64,000 nucleotides of DNA from NCBI GenBank assembly GCA_030248215.1, contig JASANG010004131.1:124001-188000 (forward strand), read 5' to 3'. Position numbers and translations under genes: made by a program. Numbering within the stretch: the first letter of the stretch is position 1; each line of letters begins with the position of its first letter. Shown piece by piece: positions 13,001 through 25,000 of the stretch. Under the pieces are notes generated by a model. That model was not told where the DNA came from. It saw only the letters and a list, made by a program, of their open reading frames with translations, and did not search any database. The stretch comes from Enoplolaimus lenunculus (Eukaryota).

Positions 13001-16000
13001 TTATATACGTAATTTGTCTAACTGTTGGCCCAGTCTGACATCGAGCCTTTCAGTTGCGAAACTTCGCGAGCAAAGCGGGCTTGAAGCCAGACGCACGTTT
13101 TGTGTTAAATCATACAGTAAAGGCAAACTTTTAATTTCCGGCGCCCTAGCTTTGGCCTCACCGGTCGACGAAACTTGGTGAGCAAAACGAATGAGTTGCC
13201 GTACGTAAGTATCGCAAATCTTCAAGTCAAAGCTCCATTTATATATTATTAATATGCTACAATTTTCGCTCTTTTCGGGCACTAATGAGTCCTGGTTGAC
13301 ATAACGGAGAATTACACAGTCATTGCAGTCTACTGGATGTGAATTGGTTGAATGTCATCTAAATAACGCTATTTTATATCATATTTAGTGGCATGTTATA
13401 TTTAACCAACGCTTAATTATTTTCATTTTTTAAAACCACCTACGGAAAAAATGTAAAAAACCATATTTTCCGATAATTTTTCCAATCAAGAACAATGTTC
13501 TAAATTTTAATGATTGCTAAACGTTGTACTAACGCTAACACATTTTTCAAATAAACAAATCACGTACTCGATTGTTCTTCTCCGTCACTTTTCTGCGGTT
13601 CTTGTTTTGTCTCAATGTTACTAACCCCATTGGCGACGCAGCCACCATCATTAGACGTATCATGTTCAGGATTATTATCCTTTGACATGCTGTAATAATA
13701 TGTACATAATATATCACCATAAAAATATACATATTGTAAAAAGTTGCATAATGCTACCTTTTGATGTCACGAAATAACGCAACATGCTATATTCAAACGT
13801 TGTCAACTAAAATAAAAATTAAATCTTAAAATATTCTGAATACAATATAACAATCTTATTTATACAAACTTTGTAACTAACCTGCGATTATGGCCATTTG
13901 CTTTGCAGCCACCAGGAGATGCTGAATCGTACCTGCGACGACTCCGGCGTTCTGGACTTCGAGACCGCCGTCGCTTTGATGTTGGTGATCGAGATCTTGA
14001 ACTGTATCTAAAACAGTAGTTAACGTTCAAAACTTTGTTGTCCGTATTTTAAAATGATTACACAGTTGATTACACAGTTCATGTTCATATACATTAAAAC
14101 TAAATTTCCGGATTTCCAGAAAAATGCTTAGGACAAAATCTTGAACTGTACCTAGAATTGTAGTTACATAAAAACTGTTACAATATTGTGAGTTCATAAA
14201 CTTGGAACACAAAGCTTTCGGAACTGCCTGTAACAAGTTCAGGACAACCGTGAATCTGAAAACGACATAGATATGCAGCTGTTTCACATAGTTTGCATTT
14301 TCGACTTACCGACGCGGCTGGTTCCGGTTAGTTCCGGCTTCCGCTTCCGGTGCTCGAGTTGGCGGTGCGTCAAAATACCGACGTGCAACTGGCGGCCCGT
14401 TACTGGCTTGAACGTCAGCATTCATAGCCGTTTTAATTTTAACTTCCAGCTCACGTTCGCGTTCGCGGCGTTCACGCTGTGCTTCACGTTGCCGGTCCGC
14501 TAAGCGTGACTCAATTTCGCGATCACGCCGCCGCCAGCGATCATCCTCACGAGCTCGACGATCTGCAGAATCAAGCTCTCGGCGGATCCGCGCTTCTTCT
14601 CGACGAACTGTTTCAACAACTTCTGCGCTGTCTTTCTAAAAAACTTTTTCCTTCATTTGTGTAATAATATACTAGGTGAGTATTCGTGGTATCTTCATTT
14701 AATTCCTGGGAGACGTAACGTTAATAAATTCATTTATATTTTAGATGTGTTGCTTGGACTCTCACGTAGTTTTCCCCGTTAACAATTAAAGTGTCTACAA
14801 AACGTTTCTGGGTGGGAAAGCCTAGTGTGCGACGTCAGCGACCGCCGCTGTAACAAAGAAAAATATACTCGATGAGCCTCACTAAAACATTTTTAGAGTT
14901 TATAAACGTATATTGTACTCAATTTGAAGATTCTCTCGAATGCTACGATTAAGTACAGAGTACTCTGTGATAATGTTCGCAGACCGCGCTTGTTTTGCTC
15001 TTGATCACTATTAATTTACCTCATCTTTTGGTTCTTCTTTCTCTTCAACGATGCCTGCCGGAACTCCGCTAGGCGCTTCTTGACCGTCGAGCAAATGAGA
15101 CCACAACTCAGTCATGAACTCTCGAGCTCGTTTCGCATTTAGAAATCCTGTCAGATTGATTTGCATAGTTTTCGGTTCAGGAAACTGAAACATCGTAAAT
15201 AAACCAAAGTAGCGAACGGTATAATGGAGCATTGTGCCGCTATTCCAAGCTTTCATGTGACTTTGATCAAAATTATTAGTTTTCTCAGCTGCTAACACAG
15301 GAAATCTTACCCAAAATCCTGTCTATGCCCCCGATAATGACAAACTCAGCACTACCTCGAGTATCACGTTACTATTTCACCCTCTAGAAAGCCACAGCAT
15401 CGACAAATTCATTAACCAATGTTTGAACTAATACATCAAACATCCAAGCTGTATACAGTTGTCTAAATAAGCTTTGAAACCCAATCAAACTCAGAAAAGA
15501 AATCTTGGTAAATGACACGAAAGATTTTGGTTTGATCCTGATCAATATACATAACATACAGAAAGTATTATTAACAACTGCTCGGCTAATAACATGCGCA
15601 AGTGAACAACTAGATAGCATATATACGGTTCATATCTTCAAACTTCAACAGGCGCTTCGCTGAATTTAAATGAAAGCGGTGGCGCAGCGCTGGCTTCATA
15701 GTATATTAAACAAGAGTGCCATAAGCTCAATCGAAACCAATAACAGACAAGACCAAAACCAGACAGGAATATAAAAAACACCTTTGCTGTCAAACGCAAT
15801 GGGCAGTTGCTTAGAAATCTATTAGAGTCGAACTGGCATTTATCATCCCACTCTAGACAATGAATTTTCCACAACTGAATTAGGTACGTACATTTCGGAG
15901 AGTTTAAGCTAATGAAAGATGGGTTTTTTTCCAAAAGGTATATATTTTCTAAATGGATGAGTAAAAGCCGGGTTCAACCAGATGTTTAGATATGTACCAA

Positions 16001-19000
16001 AAAATACACAAGCCGGCTACTCAAAATACATATTTCAACAAAAAGCTACTCAATCCCGCTAATTTAGTATATATGTTATATGTATACTACTTGCTATATG
16101 TCATAATTTTGCTTCTATAAGAATCATATTATTTCACTGGTTTTTTTAAAGAACTATTTCCATCATTTAAATTTGATCAAAAATTTGTGCTATACTTTTC
16201 ATCAATAAACATCCGGCAAAGTGGAACACCGGAGCCGGATACCGTGTTTTTGTCGGAGCCGGATATTCGATTGAATCCCAGTGGATAGCTATTGAGATAG
16301 ATGGCTAATAAGGTGTGCACAATTTTCGAGTTCTCAAATAAACAACATCGGTGAATTTTTCTGAGTTAGGAGCAATCTTTTCACTTCATATATCAATCCA
16401 CTCATAAGTAAAAATCGCACAAAACGACCTCGAGCAATGCAATTAGCATGCACGGTGGGACCAGAATTACGGTTCCGACATTTTTTCACCTTCCGGTTCG
16501 CTTAATTTTTACCGGAATTAAAAATTCCGGTATTAAAATTTGGTCGGTGGAAATTAAGATATTTTACTAAACAAAAGCGATAAAAATAAAATACTTTCTT
16601 TAATATAATAGTATATAAACCTTGACAACAGGGTGCAACCAATTCCGTTTCGTTCCCGCTTTTTTCCCCCTCCCGTTCCCGCCCCCCCTCGCCGAAAATA
16701 AACCATCGAAGGTAGATTTCGCTATAAGCCATTGATGGTGGACCGTGGATGATGAAAATCTAAAATACAGCAAATAAAATAAATACCTAGTCGACTAAGG
16801 TTATTCCCAAAAAAAAAAAAAAAAAGCGAAATGCATTTTTCATTTTCCGGTTCCGGTTCCGGTAAAATTTTCAAATTCCGGTTCCGGTTCTGGTAAATTG
16901 TAATTCCGGTTGCACCCTGCTTGACAATCGCCGAAAATAAACCATCGAAGGCAGATTTCGCTTCCGTGGATTTGAAATTACCCCAATAATACTACAAAAA
17001 CAAAAATTAAAACGAATTTTCGGTGGCATATATTTTTCATTTTCCGGTTTCGTTTCCGGTAATTTTTTCAAATTCCAGTTCCGGTAAATTGTAATTCCGG
17101 TTGTACCCTCGCATATAGGTATACGTTTGTTACAGTATAAGCAATATTGAACTTTTCAAACATTCTCGTCTGCTTATATTATCTTACGCATAAACTGTTA
17201 CGTACATACTAACTAAAAAATATTAAACATCCGATTATATGTAGTGTTATTCAAAACAACGATATGCGTATATATTCATACATATGAAGCAAACAATCAC
17301 ATCGATAGTAAACGTTGCGCTATACTTGCCACACGCCGCCGCGCGGAGACGTCCGGCTTAGTAAAGTATAGCGCAACCCTAACAAAGACATGCCACCTTT
17401 AAATTAAACACAATTCAATGTTTCCAAAATGTTAGCTTTGAATTCCAAACACGAACTTCAATATTGCATTATTCCAATCATAAACAACAAAGTGATTGTG
17501 TAGATATATACCTACTCAATTCATTATCCTCGCAAAATGACTTAAATTCCACATCAACTAACTGAAGATGTAATATTTTAAACGTGGTCAAATTTCGCAG
17601 AAACTAAATATGTTGGCATTTAACATGTCATAACATCAAAAACAGGGACTATATATTATGTTTCGCAATTCAATTCAAGTGAAAATACATTAATCTATTT
17701 ACTTGCCTATTTCGTTTTATAGCAATATACATGGTTTAACTTTCAATAAAATTGCAATTGGGATATTTTGCGAAATCCTGTCCTCAACGGTTTTAGAATA
17801 AAAAGTTTGAACCCCACCATCGTGCATACATATCTAAAGAAAAGTTCCACCGTGCCTACATATCAAAAGAAAAGCTCTAACATTAACGACGGCCCGGTCA
17901 ACGTGATACAAAACGATTAAGATTCAAAAACTTTAATCTACCGGTTGTTGTGTGGAATTCCTCGTACACGCATATGTGTATTACGTATATTTTAAAAGTC
18001 CAGCGCTTCTAGTGATATGAACCAATGTTTAAGGCGTTATACCGCATTGTGATCTACTTGATTATACATATGAAATAGACTTGTATCTTTCCGCCGACTG
18101 CATAAAACTTGTTGTGAAGTGCCGAAACAGAAGTAAAATCGCCAAGATCAAAGTTCGAAACAAAATAGCGTGATATTATTGGGTAAAAAATTTCAAATGT
18201 TTGATAATCATCGTCAAATGGTTGAGGAGTCAAACGATAGTGAAAAGGTGTCCTGACACGTTGTAAGTTCATCGGCACTTTGCAATTTATTCTGGAGCAG
18301 GAGCGTATACCGGGCCTCAAATCATGTTGCATTTTGCGAGCATCTAAGCAACAATGTACTTGTCTAAAAACCAGGCCCGGACCACCCTGAAATTTGTTTT
18401 TATATGTTAACGCTCCGAAATCAAATTCTGCGTACGCGCCTGATTATAACATCATATTATGGTTATGGTATACTTTTATTTCAGCAATAAATATCCGGCA
18501 ATGTATATATACTACAGAGCCGGGTGCCGCTTTTTTCCTGAAGCCGGATAGCCAGTTGTATCCTAGATGGGAGCACCGAACAGAACACACGATGTCACTT
18601 ATTCCTAATCGAAACCCATTGCGATTTTGCCGAATGCGATTCTGAACGTTGATATCGAAAAATATTTTTTGAATAAATCTATTGCATAAGATGAACACTG
18701 TTGTTGTTTGACATGTCAATTTACCAATAGCAATCTTAGACAACATAAATACGTGAACTTTGAAACATCAAAGCCCTACTTTATTATTGAAATATGAATT
18801 GAGATGCCGAAACGCAAGGCGTAAAAGCTTTCTAAAAATGAAGCGCCAGGGTATATACGTATACGTATCAGGGTGCAACCGGAATTCCGGTTCCGGTTCC
18901 GGCATTTTTTCACCTTCCGGTTCCGGTTCCGGTAAATTTTTACCGGATTTAAAAATTCCGGTATTATAATTTGGCCGTTTTCTTAACTTTGCTAATTTTT

Positions 19001-22000
19001 AAGAATCTCTTTTGAAAGCCACTTGTACTCCGAATATAAGCCATTGATGGTGGATTTCACTTCAGTCGATGATGAAAATCTAAAATATAACAGGTAAAAT
19101 AAATACCTATGTTCGACTAAGGTTGTTTCACAAATAATAGAGCAAAAAATACGATTAAAATGAAATTTTTGGTGAAATGCATTTTTCACTTTCCGGTTCC
19201 GGTAAAATTTTCAAATTCCGGTTCCGGTTCCGGTAAATTGTAATTCCGGTTGCACCCTGATACGTATATATAATACTGATGCATACAAATGCTTAGCGGT
19301 AACAAATTATCTTTGTCACTTCAAGTCATTGATGGTAATTTTTGTCTGCAAAGGCAATCCTGAAAAGCGAATCTGGGCTCACTAGCTTACAAACCAGCAT
19401 ATAGTAAGCCATCACATAGATATCGCTCAAACCATGGCATAGCTTTCAGCACAAACATCGAATGATTTTCCTGGAACAATTAGATCGTATAAATTTCTAG
19501 CATATAACACAACCATTTTCAAGTTCGTCCAAAAATTTCTCAACGTTCAGTAACTAAATTTTCGCAAGAACACTACGTACTGAATCAATGTATCTAACTT
19601 ACAAATATTTTATAGTCGCATTTATAAAAATGTGACTGTTCAAAATATTGAACGGGTTCACCACTTTTTGCATTGTGAAAACGACGAGATTAAGCTCTAA
19701 CTGTAGAGCCAAACTTATAAGTTCTTGCAGTAACAAATATAATATATATATTAACAAATTTTTAGGCCAAAACAATTATCGAGAATTCAATGTAAACATG
19801 CACATGGTACATAATGAAAAGTTATACGGTACAAATTAGCAAAATTGTATAAGTTGTTTGTTGCGGCAGGGATGAGCGGTCTCGGTTAAAAACTTAGACT
19901 TAACTACAGAGACTGACCATGAAGTATCGGTCAATTTTTAGCCAGCACCGTAAAAATTAAATTTTTCAAAATAAATTGTATACAATGCTTTTTGCTTATT
20001 TTTCTGTTTTAGAGATGTGTCTAACTAAAATTTTTGCCGATGCCGATTCTTATTTTGAAATTTTGCCGATGTCGAACCGATACCGATTCCAACTTTAGTA
20101 CGCCATGCTTAATAAACAAATAGGATACTACATTAAATCACATCATAAACGATTATAATTTTATAAGAACGGCCCATTTCATTTAATTTTTTCAAACACA
20201 AACACGAGATAGCAGTTCTCCTGACCAGGCACACTTATATATGCGCCCCCCAATTAAATTGATTGCATTCCAGCTGACTGCAATGTGCAAAAAGTATCGG
20301 CAAGAAATCGACAATTTTTTGCAGTGCCGATGCCGATACTCACGAAAAGTGCCGATTATTACCGATGCCGATTAGTCGACACGTCCCAATTTTTAGTCTT
20401 TGAGTTTTTCAGAATGTCTGCTTTTAATTACTACGGTGACCATGAAAATTCATAGAATTACATCGAGATGTTATTTGTCAGGCATCATTTACTTTAACAA
20501 TGCAGCCATACTTTTGCTGCATGGTCGACCTCTGTTCTCGGTTCCAAACCACCGAGACTTAAAAAACCGAGACCCCTGCATTGCAGAAAAAACGAGAGAA
20601 AGTAAAACATGTACGTATGAATGCGAAGAAGTAAAAAATATTCCAGGTTTTAATATAGTAATGACAGTTCATAGTTTACTAACTACAAATTCCCTCAACA
20701 GTAACAAAACAGGGAATGCAGACTTATCTTAATAACTTGACCTCATCGAGTAAAGTTAAGCCAATAGATAAAAAAAGAACGTATCAGCATTTTTCTGTAT
20801 CGAACTTAGTACCAGTTGTTGTCTGCCAGCCTAGGGCTTAAGACTTAAAAAATTCTGGCACCAACGTGGTAAACTGCTTTCTCCCTGTTCCATTTGGGAG
20901 GATGTTGGGGCTTGCTCCAAGGTATAACCCGTGGGAAAACCGTCGCGCAAGGGCTAATTTTAACTCTTCATAACAAGTTATCTGAAAGTATGCACTAATT
21001 TTTTTAGGCATATGGTGTCACGTCATGCGACATTTTGCCTATACACGTACGTATATTAAAACTTGCTACTGCTGTAGTCTAGCTGCTGTGCTGTTTATGT
21101 ATTTTTAGGGCAACAACGATTTAAACCTTTGATGCCCCCACTCTAAAAAAGTGCCAGGGACATCGACCTACGAAAGGCCAAAAGTAATGGAGGGTAAGTA
21201 GGCAATGTACCATTCTCTTGAGAGAGCCCAGGTAAAAGGTCTAAACTACTCAACCAAACTTTATCAAGCGCTAATTGACGTCAAAACTGGATCGAACACT
21301 ACCTAACAGGATGCAACCGGAATTCCGGTTCCGGTAGGGAAATCCGGTATTTTTCGTTGTCCGGTTCCGGTAAGAAGTCCGGTATTTTTTCACCGGATTT
21401 TTCCGGTATTTTCGGTATTGAATATTTTTCTCATTCGAAAATTTAAGAAAAATTAGCATATTATTCTAACTTATTTATATAATTTGTGCCATACTCCATA
21501 ATTTATTATATGTTTCCACCTACTGCATTTGTTTCAGGATTTTGGCTTCTAAATGGTGTGTTTACAGCATTTAGTGCTTAAAATGAATTTTTCGGTAACA
21601 AATATTTTTTATTTTCCGGTTCCGGGATTTTTAACTTTCCTGTTCCCGTATTAAATAATTCCGGTTGCACCCTGCTACCTAAGACTAGAACCGAAGACTT
21701 TAAGACTGCAAAAACACAACTCATATACGAAGTATTACATTAATACGATGGTGTTCTTTGACGTGCGAACCTAACCGGCTGTTGATCACAAACAAATCCT
21801 ACTGACTACTCATATAAGCAACCAGTATCTGCTGAGGTTGTCTCAATGCTTCTTTCCTAACACGACAACTTCTGTCAGACTGAACTTACCTGTCGTTCAC
21901 AAACTGAACTGAAGCCATCGCGAATAATAAACCGAACAAGCACACGTACGAAATCTGACTTTTATGTTCTGTGATGAATAGTGTGAATCTGACAAAATCA

Positions 22001-25000
22001 CTACGAAATAGTACATCTTGTATAATATATAAACATAAAGCACATTTAGTAGGTACCAGGAACAAACACTCGTTGCAGGGCATTAAGGATACGTACTCTA
22101 TTTCTAACAATACCTAGCTCTAGTTTCCTGAGAAACTGCCAAGTACAAAAATGAACGGTCCTTAGTGAGGCTGGTGCCACCTACGTATACATTATAGTTC
22201 AACTTTCTGCAATGAACGCTACTAGTTTGAAATATATTCGAGGTCCTGCAGTTGCACAAACACTCTATCTAACGCTTACTCTGCTTTCTTCCAGTTGATT
22301 GAATATGAATTCGATAACTACGTCATCTTCCATCCCCAAAATCTGACACACCCGTTTAGTTATCCACGGTTTGAACGCTTCAAAATTGATACGTTTCATA
22401 TCCAACTAAATCAAATGAATTCCAAATTATTAAAAGCGCATTTATTCGCTTTGCTTATAACAGTGAACCAGTCAGCAGGTGCAGTTTATAACGCTTCGTA
22501 CATCACGCGAACGCAATGTTGAAGCAGAGTACCGCAACTGAGACACAAATCGATGTCGCCGCTATTTGAACTGGTTACACCAGAAAAGCTATTCTGATTT
22601 TAATTGAACTCTGGCCATTAAAAATGTCATCTCATTTGTTCAATGTGGAATGTGCAAAGAATAAACCAACATAAAACAGCGTAAAATGCGATTTGTCTGG
22701 CTTTTGACGAGCATACAAATTGTAGAACAACACAAACTATAGCATCGCCGTGTATGCAGCAAAATTTAGAATTAGACATTTAATAACTAACCGGGACCAA
22801 AACCAAAATTTCAGAAAACGAATAACCGAAGCTGAATTTTTATAAAATCAAAAACAGAATGTTCTACATGTAAACCTTGAACAATGCAAATTTACTGTTG
22901 CGTATCATACGAGAAATAAACAAACGTTTATTTTTTGCACTCGGGGGCCGAAAGATGGATGTTCGTCCGCCTGTCCGTCCGAAAAGAACATCAGGAACCA
23001 ATGAATCGATTTCGATTACCTTTTTTGTTTGAAAGCTTATTATCCTGGGGCGTTAACGTCGCCTTTTGATTTCAGAATTTTAAGCTGTTTATTAGCTACA
23101 CAGGCTAATTTGAATAATTGGTTAAGCCAAAATCAGGACTTTTTACTGTATTTCACTAATTAATACGGTTACAAGTAATCCAATTACAGTCCTAAAGGGT
23201 TTTTGGGTACGAAAAACCTAAATAAACTGTTTACAAATCTCTACAACGATAATTGAATGGTTAGCTAATATCTATTGCATATGAGCATAATTGATAAGCA
23301 TAGATTAAGGCTTTTTACAATGCTTCACTAATTATTATGGTTACAAGCAGAGTGCAACCGAAAATACAATTTACCGGAACCGGAATTTGAAAAAATTACC
23401 GGAAACGGAGCAGCAAAATGACAAATACATGCCACCGAAAAAATTCATTTTAATTTTCTTTTATTTCCCAACGTGCAGTCACTAAATTTTCGCAAGAACA
23501 GTACGTACCGAATTAATGTATCTAACTTACAAACATATATAGTCGCATTTTTAAAAATGTCACTGTTCAAAATACAGAATGGGTTCACCACTTTGTTCAT
23601 TGTGAAAACGAGATTAAGCTCTAACTGTACATCCAAACTTAAAAATTCGTACAACTTCTGAAGCAGGGATGGGCGGTCTCGGTTAAAACTGATACCTGAC
23701 TACCGGGACTGACCATGACATGTCTCGGTAAATTTTCGGTCATCACCGAAAAAAAATTAAATTTTCAAAATTTGTGTTTCCAATGCTTTTTTGTAGTTTT
23801 TATTCTTTATTAAGGATGTGTCGATACTAAAATTTTTGCCGATGCTGATTCTTATTTTGAAATTTCGCCGATGTTGAACCGATGCCGATTCCAATTTTAG
23901 CACAAAATGCTTAGTAAACAGATATGACACTGCATTACATCATTATATGAAGACGTAAACTCTAACCACCGTAAACGCTAAAAATTTTATAAGAACTGTT
24001 CATTTCAATTAATTTTTCAAACACAAACGCAAAAGAGATAATAGTTTTCCTGACCAGACACACTGATATACGCCCAGAAATGAAATTGATAGCATTTTAA
24101 CTGACTGTGAGGTGCAAAAAATATCGACAAAGAATCAGCAATTTTTTTGCAGTGCCGATGCCCACTCACGAAAACTGCCGATTATTACCGATGCCGATTA
24201 ATCGGCACAACTGTAAAATTAGCTATTAGCTATATATGTAACTAATAACAATTCAAGTATGTATCGGTTTTGGAGGTTTATAAACAATTCATTTTGATTG
24301 CTCGCACTCAGAAACCATTCAGTAACCCGAATAATCAGTGAAATAATCTAAAAGGTCGTAATCTAAGCTTATCAGTTAAGCTAATATGCAAATTATCAAT
24401 TAGCTAACTATTTAATTATCGGTCTTACTTTAGTACTGAATTTGCTTACTTGTAACCCAAATAATTAGCGAAATACAGTAAAAAGTCCTAATTAGGCTTA
24501 ACCAATTACCAAAATTAGCCTGTAGCTAATAAATGGTTTAAATTTTTACAACTCCAATGCGAGGTTAACACCCCATGATAATACGGAGAGACATCCACTT
24601 TTACACCTCCAAGTACAAAATATAAAACGCTTAGCGAAACTCTGAGCTCCGGTTAAACACTGTACAACTGTAGATAAACTACGTCTGTAACAACTGTCTA
24701 CTGTTTTACACTCACCTTCTTCTCTAAGCACTCGCCGAATTTCATTTGCTTCAAAAGTTTTTTCTGCTTGTCGCCAAACCTATTGTCTTGGTCCGCGCTT
24801 GTTCCCTAAAATTAATGGTTTAAGTTCACGAATTGAACAAAACTCCAGTAATTGAAAAGATCAGAACACTACAGTGTAAACAGAATAAGACACCGTGGAC
24901 TGTCCTGCTTGACCATGTGTACTGGCATTTCGCTAGGCCTCTCTCAAGTGGGGCAAGGAAAAGGGCTTGTTCGCAGGTGCCCTCGACTTCAACTGTTTCA

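Noticed and set aside
21968..21992. C/D-box snoRNA (GTGATGA...CTGA)
   Set aside because: The boxes are only ~12 nt apart and antisense to the host transcript.
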